Positions 47,993-58,890 of a DNA stretch of 64,000 bases are shown here, one piece after another (the stretch's first letter is position 1; each line of letters starts with the position of its first letter). Below the pieces are notes generated by a model. It ran no database searches. It had not been told where the DNA came from and saw only the letters and a program-made list of their open reading frames with translations. The DNA is from Halarcobacter sp. (GTDB lineage: Bacteria; Campylobacterota; Campylobacteria; Campylobacterales; Arcobacteraceae), in NCBI GenBank assembly GCA_963676565.1, contig OY781089.1:2304001-2368000 (forward strand), given 5' to 3'. Position numbers and translations under genes: made by a program.

Positions 47993-50938
47993 TTACTTCA
48001 ATATATCACTAATTAACTGTGATAACTCAGGATTGTTAAGTTTAGTTTTGTATTCAACATTTACACCACTTTTTCTTAACTCTTTAAAAAAGGCTTCGGC
48101 ACTTTTAATCTGTAGTTTCTCTTTTGTAGTTATATCATCAAACTTTTCATAGCCTTTAGTTTCAACTACAAAATATAATTCTTTATCATCTTTCGATTCT
48201 ATTACATATCCAAAGTCTGGATTGTAGTTTCTTCCATGAGCTGTAGGAATATTTACTTTTGGTAGTTTTCCAAATACAGTAATTCTTTTATCACTAGATT
48301 CATCTATAGTTATCTTTTCAATAGTACTATCAACTTCCATAAAGTCTTCATTATAGATTGACTTTTCTACTATGTTCTTAGATTTTATTTTATAAGTTTC
48401 AACACCTAAACTACCCTCAGGTATAAATTCTCTAACTTTACCATCTTTGTCAATGAGTGAGGTATTACTAGTCTTTATCTCTTTTAGATCATATGAAATT
48501 TTATTGATTATAGTATCGTAAATAGCACTTACTAATTGCTCTTCAATTTTCTTAAGTGCTAAGTTTTCATTTTGTGGAATCAAATCAAACTTTTCTTTTT
48601 TAATTCCATGTAAAACTTTTGCAACTGTTTGCATACTAAGTTTTGTGTTATTAGATAGTGCTTTAATAAATTCATAAAGAGTAAATATTGAGTGAGTTTC
48701 TACTTTTACAGTATCTTTATCACTATCATACTTTTCACTATCTTCTATATTTTTATCTCTTTTAACAATGATATCTTGCCCACTTATTGTAAAGTTATCA
48801 TCTATCTTCTTTTTAGCCGTATTTATTAATGTAATACTATTAATATCATATTTAACCACAGCATCATAATTTAAATTGTCCCATAAAGCTTTAAACTTTT
48901 TAAAATTCTCTTGATGAATTTTAATTTTACCCTTATCTTTTTTCTTACCACTTCTGTCTTTTGCTTTTACTCTAGTAGATGTTTTAAAGAAGCTATCAAA
49001 ATACTCTTTAAGCTTTTGAGTATCACAACCTTTCATTTCTAAAGACTCCAGTTCTTTTGACTTAGTACTATAATCTTCTTTTGAAATAGTTATTTCACTA
49101 TTACCCTCATCATCAATATCTATGAAACCTTTAGTTTGTAAGTTTGTAAGAATATTAACTGCAGCAAAGGCATTGGCTGCAATTCCATTTTCTGAAATGA
49201 CTTCTGCTGTAAATAATTTTGTTACCTGTTTAATACTATTTTCACTTATCTCTTTTTGAATAGATGTTACAAAGTTTTCTTCTGTCGATGGAACTACTAC
49301 AAAAAGCTCATTTATAAACTCAAAGTTACTGTCTTCTTGAGTAATTCTTTTCCCATCTTGATCTACAGCAAGTCTTAATCCCCTACCTATTTGTTGTAGT
49401 TTTGAAATTTTAGAGTTACTTGGTGCTAATTTACATAGAGTCATTACATTTGGATTATCCCAACCCTCTTGTAAAGCCCATTGTGAAAAAATAAATCTTA
49501 AGTCACTATCAAAAGATAGTAACTCTTCTTTCTTATTTAAAATTAGCTCAATAGCTTCTGCTTCATCGCCCTCTTTTTTAGATTTAGCAAAGTATCCACT
49601 ATGAATTTGGTTTAAACTATCTTTTGTCTTTAGAAGATACTTTTCATAATCTTCATCTAGATCATCTCTTTTTAGTACTTCATTTAGGTTTTTGAGATAT
49701 AACTTTTCAAAAAGTTTTGCTAGTTCACCATTAGTACCCTCATCAGTAAGATACTTATCAACTCTATCTATAAAGAAAAGACAAAGTGCTTTAATATCCA
49801 TTTTAAAAAGCTCTTCTTCTCTTTCAAAATGGTTTTTTATAGCAGTATCAACAATAACCTTTTGCATCTCATCAAGAAGTACACCATAACTTTCACTAAC
49901 TCCTAAAGGTAAAGAGATACCATTGGTAAATAAGGTTTCACTCTTTGTAATCTTTTCAACAACATAACTATTTAGATATTCAATATCTACTTTCTCTCCT
50001 AAATTCTCACCCTTTATAAGTACTGTTTTTTTATTTTTAGAATTGATGTCCTTGTATTCTATAGTTGCTTTATAATCTTTTTGAGTTTTACCTTCTATTT
50101 TAGTAAGAGCAATAGTATGGTTATCTACATTTTCATTTCCAACTGTATCAACTGTAATAGCCTTAACAAGTCCTCTACTAAATGCATCTACACTATCGAG
50201 TATATAAATAAGATTTTTATATTCATCACCTTTAAATGTTGCACCAAACCTTAGTGTAAAAAGAGCATTAAATGCTTTTAAGTATTTTGCAGTTTGTTTA
50301 CCTTCAAATCTATGTGGTTCATCAATTATAATTACAGGTCTAAGATATGAGATAGCTTCCATATAACTTTTTGCACGACCTATAAGGCTTTGCTCTATTT
50401 TACTTTTATTTATATTGTTAGAAGCTTTATTAAATGATTGATACGTTGATACAAGTACTGAAATATTTTGATCACTTGCATTGATATAGTTTAAAACTGT
50501 TTTCTCACTATAGTTATATACTGATATTTGTTTTCCATACTCTTTGACAAAGAACTCTTTTGTAATTTTAATATTTTTAATCGTACCTTGTCGTGTAGGA
50601 TTAGACGGTACTAAGATTATAAACTTTGAAAGTCCATAATCTCGGTTTAATCTATAAATTGATTCTAAAAATGTAAAAGTCTTACCGGTACCAGTTTCCA
50701 TCAATGTATCAACTACAAGTTCATCTTTGATAGATACTTCCCCAATATCTACTTTATTTGACTTTCTAACCTTTTCAATATTATTTACTAAAATACTTTT
50801 AGAATATTCAAGCTCAAAAGACGGGTTACTTTTTCTATTATCATTTTTAGTAAATGATATATTTTTAAATACATCACTTATACTATTTACTGCTTGTTCT
50901 TGATAATCAAGTCTATCAAACTTTATTTTTAAAGACAT
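47993..50938 (-). CDS. res: Type III restriction endonuclease subunit
   Basis: METGTGKT, DEPH, EGWDNPNV, QQIGRGLR, C-terminal NPDF...VETKG nuclease. Confidence 0.95.
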   Translation of the reverse strand: MSLKIKFDRLDYQEQAVNSISDVFKNISFTKNDNRKSNPSFELEYSKSILVNNIEKVRKSNKVDIGEVSIKDELVVDTLMETGTGKTFTFLESIYRLNRDYGLSKFIILVPSNPTRQGTIKNIKITKEFFVKEYGKQISVYNYSEKTVLNYINASDQNISVLVSTYQSFNKASNNINKSKIEQSLIGRAKSYMEAISYLRPVIIIDEPHRFEGKQTAKYLKAFNALFTLRFGATFKGDEYKNLIYILDSVDAFSRGLVKAITVDTVGNENVDNHTIALTKIEGKTQKDYKATIEYKDINSKNKKTVLIKGENLGEKVDIEYLNSYVVEKITKSETLFTNGISLPLGVSESYGVLLDEMQKVIVDTAIKNHFEREEELFKMDIKALCLFFIDRVDKYLTDEGTNGELAKLFEKLYLKNLNEVLKRDDLDEDYEKYLLKTKDSLNQIHSGYFAKSKKEGDEAEAIELILNKKEELLSFDSDLRFIFSQWALQEGWDNPNVMTLCKLAPSNSKISKLQQIGRGLRLAVDQDGKRITQEDSNFEFINELFVVVPSTEENFVTSIQKEISENSIKQVTKLFTAEVISENGIAANAFAAVNILTNLQTKGFIDIDDEGNSEITISKEDYSTKSKELESLEMKGCDTQKLKEYFDSFFKTSTRVKAKDRSGKKKDKGKIKIHQENFKKFKALWDNLNYDAVVKYDINSITLINTAKKKIDDNFTISGQDIIVKRDKNIEDSEKYDSDKDTVKVETHSIFTLYEFIKALSNNTKLSMQTVAKVLHGIKKEKFDLIPQNENLALKKIEEQLVSAIYDTIINKISYDLKEIKTSNTSLIDKDGKVREFIPEGSLGVETYKIKSKNIVEKSIYNEDFMEVDSTIEKITIDESSDKRITVFGKLPKVNIPTAHGRNYNPDFGYVIESKDDKELYFVVETKGYEKFDDITTKEKLQIKSAEAFFKELRKSGVNVEYKTKLNNPELSQLISDILK

Positions 50939-50941
50939 TGA

Positions 50942-52810
50942 TTATCCTCTAAATCTTAATTTATCAGGTTTAATACCAAGCTTTGAAATATTACTTTCAA
51001 GCTCTAGAGTAAATTTATCATCACTTATATTTGGAGAATACACAGTAATATACTCACACTCTTTTTTATCTTTTAAAGCATCTACTAATTCATCAGATGT
51101 TATATCTCCAAGAATAAAGGCTACATTTGACGCAAGATAAAGCTTATCTATTATAAGTTCTTCATGTTTTATACTAAAAGGTAATGCTTCTGCAACAAAT
51201 AGATTATAAAGTATCTCTTCATTAGATTCTATATCAGGTTTTTCCATCATAGCTAACAAATCATCTTGACTTACTTCTTCTAGTGATTTTTGGTAGATTT
51301 TTTGTTTTTGATCTTCTACAATTTCAAAAATTCTAAAACCAATATCTCCATCATTCACTTTATTTCCAGCTCGCATTAACCTTTCTGCTGTAATTTCAAA
51401 AATATTAATAGGTTTATTGAGCTTAGTTAAAAAGTCAATTCTTTTCTTTATAGCTTCTTTTTCTTTTTGAGTCAATCCTGTTGTGTATTCTATTTTTTCA
51501 TCTAGTTGAACTAATATAAATTTTACTTTTTCATCTTTACTAAAAACTGCATGACCTGTTGAGCCAGAACCTGCGAAAAAATCTAAAACAATATCATTGT
51601 CTTTTACATTTGCTATATCTATTAAGTTCTTTATTAATTTAGTTGGTTTTGGGTTTGTAAAAATACCTTTTTCATTTTCAAAAAGTTCTGCAAGTTCATC
51701 TGTAGCCTCTTGATTATTTCCAAATTTATCATGAGCCCACCAGTTTGTAGCACATTGTCCTTCTTGTTCTCTCTCAAATTTAAAATACTTTTTTCTAGGA
51801 AAACCATCACCGTTTTTTGTAAAAATTATTCTATTATCATTTTTTAATTCCAAAAATGTTTTTTCTTCTCCCATCCATGTTTCATTAAATTTTTTTCCTG
51901 TAGGACTTTCAATTATATATTTACTACCATCTTGTCCTTCCCCTGCTTTCCAAGGCTTAGAAGCCCATTCACCTCTAGGATCATTGTCTGGATTTGAAAA
52001 TGTACCTGTAAGACCTATTTTACCTACACCAGATTTTTTATATTCCTCTTTATCTTTTGAATACACTAAAATATGTTCTGTAACCAATGCAATCATTTTG
52101 TTTTTATCATTTGGCTGATTAGAACGTCTTCTCCAATGAATATGACCTTCAAAGTTATCTCCACCAAACACTTCATCACAAAGTAATTTAAGTTGAGCAA
52201 CTTCATTATCATCAATTGATATAAAAATTACACCATTATCTTTTAACAAGTCTTTTGCAAGCAAAAGTCTAGGATACATAAAACTAAGCCATCCACTATG
52301 AGTTTTTGCTCCTTGGATATTTTCTATATAATCTATATACTCTTTATCATAACCAAGTTCTTCAAGTGTTTGCTCAGTTGAAGTAGTAAAGTCATCATTG
52401 TAAACAAAACCATCATTTTTAGTGTTATAAGGTGGATCAATATATATCATTTTAATAGATTCAAAGTAGTTTTGACGAAGTATTTTTAAAGCATCAAGGT
52501 TATCACCTTTAATAAGAATATTTTCTGTTTCATTCCAGTTTTTTGAATCACCTTTTAAAGGCTTTAATACTTTATAGTTTTTTTCAAATGCCTTATGATA
52601 AGCCTCTTTTTTACCAACCCAGTTAAGACCATAGCCATCTTCTCTTATTTCTGCTTTTGAAGGGTCTAGACTCATCTGCAATTTTTGAGGGTCAATAACA
52701 TATTTACCATTTTCATCTACAGTTACGGCATGAGGAAACTGTTTTTTTAATAACTCATAATTTATATCATTTATACTTTGTTCTTTTATAACATTAATTT
52801 TTTTATGCAT
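50942..52810 (-). CDS. mod: Type III R-M adenine methyltransferase subunit
   Basis: YIDPPYNT, HSGWLSFMYPRL, LDFFAGSGSTG. Confidence 0.95.
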   Translation of the reverse strand: MHKKINVIKEQSINDINYELLKKQFPHAVTVDENGKYVIDPQKLQMSLDPSKAEIREDGYGLNWVGKKEAYHKAFEKNYKVLKPLKGDSKNWNETENILIKGDNLDALKILRQNYFESIKMIYIDPPYNTKNDGFVYNDDFTTSTEQTLEELGYDKEYIDYIENIQGAKTHSGWLSFMYPRLLLAKDLLKDNGVIFISIDDNEVAQLKLLCDEVFGGDNFEGHIHWRRRSNQPNDKNKMIALVTEHILVYSKDKEEYKKSGVGKIGLTGTFSNPDNDPRGEWASKPWKAGEGQDGSKYIIESPTGKKFNETWMGEEKTFLELKNDNRIIFTKNGDGFPRKKYFKFEREQEGQCATNWWAHDKFGNNQEATDELAELFENEKGIFTNPKPTKLIKNLIDIANVKDNDIVLDFFAGSGSTGHAVFSKDEKVKFILVQLDEKIEYTTGLTQKEKEAIKKRIDFLTKLNKPINIFEITAERLMRAGNKVNDGDIGFRIFEIVEDQKQKIYQKSLEEVSQDDLLAMMEKPDIESNEEILYNLFVAEALPFSIKHEELIIDKLYLASNVAFILGDITSDELVDALKDKKECEYITVYSPNISDDKFTLELESNISKLGIKPDKLRFRG

Positions 52811-52868
52811 TAATTTTCTTACCTTATATTAAAGTTGATATTGTATTAAAATTCTTGTTATGAGATGA

Positions 52869-53774
52869 TTATAATAAAGCTAATTTATCCATATGTTTGT
52901 TTAAATTAAGTAGAACATCATAAATTTCTTTTGCACAAGAACTATAATCATTTGATTTAATAATTGGTAAACTATTTTCTATTCCTTTAGCTGAATTTCT
53001 AATAGTTATTTTTGTATTTGAATGTGTATCAGACCAAAAAACAACAACTAAAGGAACATCTAAAAGTTTACAAAAATCATCAAGAACACTAAATCTAGTT
53101 GAATCTGCCGTATATTTTTGGATAGACTCTTCCTCTAAGATTCTTCCTTGTGTATCAGACTTATATTCTAAAATAGCTTGAACATTATAGTTTTCATCCA
53201 TTAGAATACCATCAGCATCGCCAGGGAAAGCTATTTTCCATTGATCTCTTGGGATATTTGCCAAGTAATATTCTAATCTTGTAGGAATAAATGTAACTGG
53301 TTTTCGTGTAGCTCTTTTTTCATAATTTTTCAACAGAACTCTTAAACCATCAACATTAATTCTTTTTACTTTTTTTTCTATGTTAATTTTGGGGAATAAT
53401 ATTATTTCCTTCTTTAAAGCATCTTCATCATCTTTTGGATAATTATATGGAGTAAAAACACAAGATAGATCACATTCAAGTTTTTTACTAAATTTTCTAG
53501 CAATATTAAAATCTACTTCTTTATCCATTTCATCAAATAAAATTCGTGCTAAGTCAGCCAACTCTGTATCCTTGACAAGTTCTTGATTATATTCACGACA
53601 ATATAATAATAAAGTTACTCTATTTCCATTTTTAGGAATAACATATCCATCAAAACCAATTATTTTATGCGTTGAATTAATTATTCTCTCCAGTTCTAGT
53701 ATTAAGTTACCTTTAGCAGGTTTTCTTTTATATTTTCTATTATCATGTTCTCTTGTTATTCTTTCATAAAGCAT
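52869..53774 (-). CDS. Hypothetical protein, putative PD-(D/E)XK nuclease
   Basis: GDADG...LEYK motif in the C-terminal half; GGGAG SD. Confidence 0.6.
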   Translation of the reverse strand: MLYERITREHDNRKYKRKPAKGNLILELERIINSTHKIIGFDGYVIPKNGNRVTLLLYCREYNQELVKDTELADLARILFDEMDKEVDFNIARKFSKKLECDLSCVFTPYNYPKDDEDALKKEIILFPKINIEKKVKRINVDGLRVLLKNYEKRATRKPVTFIPTRLEYYLANIPRDQWKIAFPGDADGILMDENYNVQAILEYKSDTQGRILEEESIQKYTADSTRFSVLDDFCKLLDVPLVVVFWSDTHSNTKITIRNSAKGIENSLPIIKSNDYSSCAKEIYDVLLNLNKHMDKLALL

Positions 53775-53791
53775 ATTAAACTTTAACTCCC

Positions 53792-56700
53792 TTATTTGAA
53801 ATATTTATAGCTTCTTTTGTCAAAGGCAGGTCTTGTACCTTCTAAGATATCAACTATACACTGATTGATTTCAGAATCTTCTATAGCTCCACTTTTAACA
53901 GTAAATCTATTATTATCTTGTTTATCAATACTTGCATAAATAATTTGTTCAGCATCTGCAACAACTGCTAGATTGGGATTATGAGTTACCATAATAATCT
54001 GCCGCCTTTTTTTAGCTAACTTTATAAATTTAACAACAATTTTATATACACTCTGATTATCTAAATTATCTTCTGGTTGATCTATAATTAATGGGATTTC
54101 TTCCTTATCAAGCATTAGATAAAATACTAATAGTAATGCACCTTTTTCGCCAGGAGATAACTCAACAAGATTTTTATTATCTAGTTTTAACTCGTAATTA
54201 GGAAGTAGGTAATCTAAATTAAAAAGATACGAATAAAAAGTCTCAATATTATCTACTTGATCAACAATTATTCTAGCTTCACCTTCTCTATCTTCTCTTT
54301 TATCAACTTCTAGATAAGTAATAAGCTCTTCTAGAATATCTTTAAAGTCTTCTTTTAAATCTAGATTCTTTGTTTCTATAATTTCTCTAAGTTTTACTTT
54401 ACCTTCTTCTGAACCATAAAAACTTCCCATTTTGTTTTGCTTAATAAATTTAAAAAAGTCTATCTCAAAACTATTAAGCTTATAAGTTGCATCAATTGCG
54501 ATATTATAATTTGACAGTAATTCTGTATATTGATTTAATGTTATATCAATAGTTTCCTTTAATGATTTAAAGACTTCAACTATTTCGAACTTTTTATCAT
54601 ATATCTCAAGAGATAAGTTAATCCTTTCTTCTCTTTTTTGATTTAAATCACTATCTAAGTCATTTTCAATATATTTTAATTTACCTCTATAATATTTTAA
54701 TGTACCAGTTGTTTCTTCATCACCAATAATTTCTTTACTCTTTTCTTTCCAACTATTAAATTCAGATAGATATTTTCTATACTCCTGTTCTGGTTTAGAT
54801 AACTCTTTTTCTGTAATTGTGATGAACTCTTTTATATTTTCAATATCAACTTTTAATCCTGTTCTTTGATTTTCACTCTCTGATAATATTTCTTTTTTTA
54901 GTCTCGATACCTCTTCATTTTTTGTTTTTATAGTTTCATCAATTTTTGATAAATCACTGTTAATTTTTAGTAAAGCATCAAATTCAAGTGTATACTTATC
55001 TAATAACTCTTGTTTTGATTGCCTAAATTCATTAATTGAAGTAATTAGTCTTTCAAAATCACTCTTTAATGTATTAAGTTCTGAGACTTCTATTAGTCGT
55101 ATCTTAATAGTTTGTTCATAAGATTTTAATATATTTTCTTTTTGTTCTAACTCAGCTTTTTTTTCATTAACACTTTTTATTAATTTTTCTTGTTCTTCAT
55201 CAACTTCACCAGATTGTGAAGGATTAGCTATTTTAATAGGTCTATTTTTTTTATGGTCGAAAAGCTCTTTAAATTTTAATTCATAATTATTTTGTAGAAA
55301 TTCTTTAAAGGATGATAGCTTATGATTTTCTAATTTAATAATCTCTTGATTTATGTTACTTATTTTAGGGATAATTGTTTTAATATCTTCGTTAATGATG
55401 TTAGTTTTTATATCAATTAATTCATCAAAACTATCAGTTCCAAGCTTTTGTTCATCTGGTAAATGTGAAAAAACAACTTTTTTTAAAGCTTTTTCAAATC
55501 CTTCACCTTCTAAATCATTACAAAGCTCTTCAAAATAGTTTTGTGGTAAATATCGTACTCTTTCAGGTCCATTAATATCTGAATTATCGTTTAAGTTAGA
55601 AATAGTTTGCTCTCCAGATTCATAATGTAATGTAGCATTAAAGTTTTCAGCTAACTTTTTCTTTTTAAATTTTCTAGTATTTAAAAAACTAAAGTGATTC
55701 TCTTTGTGACTATTTCCTAGAAGTGCAATAATATCAGACAAAGCACTTTTACCACTTCCTTTATTCCCAATAATTGCTACAAGTTCATTATTTAATTTGA
55801 GGCTTATATCATCAAACCAAATTCCTTTAGAACCATTATAAGTAGCAGTTTTATCTATATTAAGTTCTTTAACATACTTTGTTCTATTATCTTTTACTCT
55901 TTTTAAAACCTCAGGTTCTTCTCCTATAAAAACCCTTTCTTCATATTCATGTATTACTTGCTTTAATCCTTCAAATGTTGGATTCGCTTTAATCCATGTT
56001 AGTGTATTCCCAAGTTTATCTTTATTATCTGATGAACTAAATGAGTGAGCATCACTACAATCTAATAAATATGAATTAACACCCTCATTTTTTAACTTTT
56101 CCTTACTTTTCTCATAGTTTTCTTTACTATCTGTTGAAATAAAAACGAAGTTTGCCTCATTTATTATTGTTTTTTTATCAGTTACTGATCCAGTCCATCT
56201 CATTGCATCCCATTCTGTTTTCCCAACTGCTAACAAAAATTTATCTTTAAAGTAATGAGATTCTAATGCTTTTTTTACTTGATCGTAACTATGAGTAAAA
56301 TTACTAAATCCAACTTTTAAATCTGAACCACTTATTGATACAGTTGCACTTTTTTTGATTTTTTTTCCTAAATCAGATAAAGATTCTTTTGTAATTACTC
56401 CAAAGAACGAGATACTATCTTGATTAAATTCATCAATTGGAGAAAGTGTATAGTTAACTTGTATAGCATTTAAAAATTGACTTTCTATTGTTTCTGCACT
56501 TATTTCATCTGAAAAAATTATATGTAAATTTACTCGCTTCCAAGCTTTATCATCTAGATTACCATACTTATCAATACGAAGTTCAACTACTGGCAGAAAT
56601 AAATCTATATTAGACATCCTTCCTTGACTTTTATATTTCAAAACTTCTTTGTAACCATCCAAAAAAATATAATCATTAATGCCAAGTACTTTTATATCTT

Positions 56701-56836
56701 CAGGTAAACTTTCAATGTCATGAACAAAATTTTCCCAAGCATCACTTGTATCTCCACCATAATGCTGTTCGATTGATTTTGGCGTGTGAACGTGTAAATC
56801 CCATTTTCTCCACTCTGAACCTCTACTAAAACTCAT
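53792..56836 (-). CDS. PHP-domain + SMC/ABC-type ATPase (TrlF family / Ppl-like antiphage protein)
   Basis: GSEWRKWDLHVHTP, SDAH, WIKA.PTFEGL, GNKGSGKS, LSPGEK, IIDQPEDNLDN, THNPN. Confidence 0.9.
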   Translation of the reverse strand: MSFSRGSEWRKWDLHVHTPKSIEQHYGGDTSDAWENFVHDIESLPEDIKVLGINDYIFLDGYKEVLKYKSQGRMSNIDLFLPVVELRIDKYGNLDDKAWKRVNLHIIFSDEISAETIESQFLNAIQVNYTLSPIDEFNQDSISFFGVITKESLSDLGKKIKKSATVSISGSDLKVGFSNFTHSYDQVKKALESHYFKDKFLLAVGKTEWDAMRWTGSVTDKKTIINEANFVFISTDSKENYEKSKEKLKNEGVNSYLLDCSDAHSFSSSDNKDKLGNTLTWIKANPTFEGLKQVIHEYEERVFIGEEPEVLKRVKDNRTKYVKELNIDKTATYNGSKGIWFDDISLKLNNELVAIIGNKGSGKSALSDIIALLGNSHKENHFSFLNTRKFKKKKLAENFNATLHYESGEQTISNLNDNSDINGPERVRYLPQNYFEELCNDLEGEGFEKALKKVVFSHLPDEQKLGTDSFDELIDIKTNIINEDIKTIIPKISNINQEIIKLENHKLSSFKEFLQNNYELKFKELFDHKKNRPIKIANPSQSGEVDEEQEKLIKSVNEKKAELEQKENILKSYEQTIKIRLIEVSELNTLKSDFERLITSINEFRQSKQELLDKYTLEFDALLKINSDLSKIDETIKTKNEEVSRLKKEILSESENQRTGLKVDIENIKEFITITEKELSKPEQEYRKYLSEFNSWKEKSKEIIGDEETTGTLKYYRGKLKYIENDLDSDLNQKREERINLSLEIYDKKFEIVEVFKSLKETIDITLNQYTELLSNYNIAIDATYKLNSFEIDFFKFIKQNKMGSFYGSEEGKVKLREIIETKNLDLKEDFKDILEELITYLEVDKREDREGEARIIVDQVDNIETFYSYLFNLDYLLPNYELKLDNKNLVELSPGEKGALLLVFYLMLDKEEIPLIIDQPEDNLDNQSVYKIVVKFIKLAKKRRQIIMVTHNPNLAVVADAEQIIYASIDKQDNNRFTVKSGAIEDSEINQCIVDILEGTRPAFDKRSYKYFK

Positions 56837-56839
56837 TGT

Positions 56840-58855
56840 CTATTCTCCTAAACTTTTTTTATCTTCTAACACATCCATCATAGAACCATCTACTAAAACC
56901 GTATCTAACTCTTTTTTAGGTTTAATATTTGACACTTTCTTTAACATGGTTACTTGACTTATCAAATTACCACGCCCACCACTAAGCTTTTTAAATGCTT
57001 CATCATAGTTAGTTCTAGCAGTTTCAAGTCCTTTATCTACTTTCTTTAAATCATCTATAAATCCATGGAACTTTTTATATAGTTCTTCTGCCCTTTTATA
57101 CACATCTGCAATATTCTGTGCTTGTCTTTCATATCTCCACGTATTTTCAACTGCTCTTAATGCTACAAGAAGTGTAGTAGGACTAACTAATATAATCTTT
57201 TGTTTAAAGGCTTCATCGTATAAATTAACATCATTATCTAGTGCTAAAAGTAAAGCTCCTTCTATTGGCACAAACATAAATATAAAGTCTAAACTATTTA
57301 CATTTTGTAAATCTTCATACTTTTTATTTGCAAGCCCTTTGATATGATCTTTTACAGATTTAATATGATTCTTAAGATATATTTGTTTAAGACTATCATC
57401 TTCTTCTGCCATATAATCATTATAAGCTGTAAGTGATGTCTTCGCATCTATAATAATATGTCTATTGTCAGGTAAATACACAATTACATCAGGTCTGAAA
57501 GGTTTATTTTCATCATCTTTTAAACTAACTTCTCTTTTAAATTCATGTCCTTCTCTTAGCCCTGAACTCTCAAGTACTTTTTCAAGTACCATTTCACCCC
57601 ATTTACCTTGCTTCTTACTATCACTTCTTAGTGCATTTGTAAGGTTATGAGCTTCTGCACTCATTTTTTGATTTAGTTCTTTTAGTGTTTTTAGTTCTGC
57701 AGAAAGTAGACTTCTATCTTTTGCTTCTTTATCATATACATCTTCAACTTTCTTTTTAAAATCTATAAGCTGTGCTTTCATAGGATTTAAAATTAACCCT
57801 AAATCTTTTTGATTTTGTTCACTAAATTTTTTACTATTATCAGTGAAAATTTTGGTTGCTACATTTTCAAATTCCAGTTTTAATTTTTCTTCACTATTAT
57901 GTAATATTTGTAATTTCTCTTCTATAGCTTTTTTTTGTTCTTCAAGTTGAGTTTGCAATTGAGATATAGTAGCATTATCTTTAGTTACTTGAACTTGTAA
58001 CTCTTTTTTATCATCTGTTAATGTATTAATTGTTTGTTTTAGATCACTGATATATGATTCTTTATCAGATAATATTTTTTTAGTATTTTGTACACTTTCA
58101 TTTACTTTTGTTTCTAATTCAGATATCTCTGATTTATATTTCTTTATCTGTTCGTTATAATCTGAATTAGTTGATTTTAAAGTTTGACTTTCATCTTTTA
58201 ACTCTTCAATTCTTTTATTTAAAGAAGTAGACAGTTCTGTATTTTTTTCTTTTTGCTCTTCAAATGAAGTTTTATATTTTGATAAGTCTTCTTTTAATTG
58301 TCCTATTTCTAAAGACTTACTTTCATTTAACTCTTTCAACTGTATATTTTCATTTTTTAACTCTTCAATTCGTTTATTCAAAGAGCTAGATAACTCAATA
58401 TTCTTTTCTTTTTGTTCTTCAAACGAAGTTCTATATTTTGATAAATTTTCTTTCAATTGCCCTATCTCTAAAGACTTATTTTCCTCAGAATCTTTTAACT
58501 GTATATTTTCATTTTTTAAATCATCAATTCTTTCAGTTTGTGACTTTTCAAAGGCATTATATTTATTTATCTGCTCATCGAGTAAAGCTTTTGTTTTTGT
58601 CAAATCTTCTTTAAATTGATTTGATTCTTGCTTTTTTTCCTCTAGCTGTTTAGAAGATTCATTGTATAAATCTTTTATATTATTAGCGTTATTAAGACTC
58701 ACAGTTAACTCTGAGTTTTTTATCTCTAAATTTTGTCTATCATTTGATAAATCTTTAATCTCAGTATTCTTATCTTTAACTGTTTTATAAAATAATAATC
58801 CTCCTATAACTAATATAGCTGAAAACAATGCTACCAGTACTTCAAAGTTTTCCAT
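56840..58855 (-). CDS. rmuC: RmuC-family protein with extended coiled coil
   Basis: N-terminal TM, QGKWGE, RPDVIV.LP..IIIDAK, FMFVPIE, SPTTLLVALR. Confidence 0.9.
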   Translation of the reverse strand: MENFEVLVALFSAILVIGGLLFYKTVKDKNTEIKDLSNDRQNLEIKNSELTVSLNNANNIKDLYNESSKQLEEKKQESNQFKEDLTKTKALLDEQINKYNAFEKSQTERIDDLKNENIQLKDSEENKSLEIGQLKENLSKYRTSFEEQKEKNIELSSSLNKRIEELKNENIQLKELNESKSLEIGQLKEDLSKYKTSFEEQKEKNTELSTSLNKRIEELKDESQTLKSTNSDYNEQIKKYKSEISELETKVNESVQNTKKILSDKESYISDLKQTINTLTDDKKELQVQVTKDNATISQLQTQLEEQKKAIEEKLQILHNSEEKLKLEFENVATKIFTDNSKKFSEQNQKDLGLILNPMKAQLIDFKKKVEDVYDKEAKDRSLLSAELKTLKELNQKMSAEAHNLTNALRSDSKKQGKWGEMVLEKVLESSGLREGHEFKREVSLKDDENKPFRPDVIVYLPDNRHIIIDAKTSLTAYNDYMAEEDDSLKQIYLKNHIKSVKDHIKGLANKKYEDLQNVNSLDFIFMFVPIEGALLLALDNDVNLYDEAFKQKIILVSPTTLLVALRAVENTWRYERQAQNIADVYKRAEELYKKFHGFIDDLKKVDKGLETARTNYDEAFKKLSGGRGNLISQVTMLKKVSNIKPKKELDTVLVDGSMMDVLEDKKSLGE
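58195..58532 (-). repeat. In-frame 159-bp (53-aa) tandem repeat inside rmuC
   Basis: RIDDLKNENIQLK...SSSLNK / RIEELKNENIQLK...STSLNK / RIEELK; DNA period 159. Confidence 0.85.
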
Positions 58856-58890
58856 TAATATCTCCTAATTATAAATTATCACATTATATT

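Noticed and set aside
50942..52810. Phase-variable simple sequence repeat in mod
   Set aside because: No long homopolymeric G/C or oligonucleotide tract seen; only short A/T runs expected at this composition
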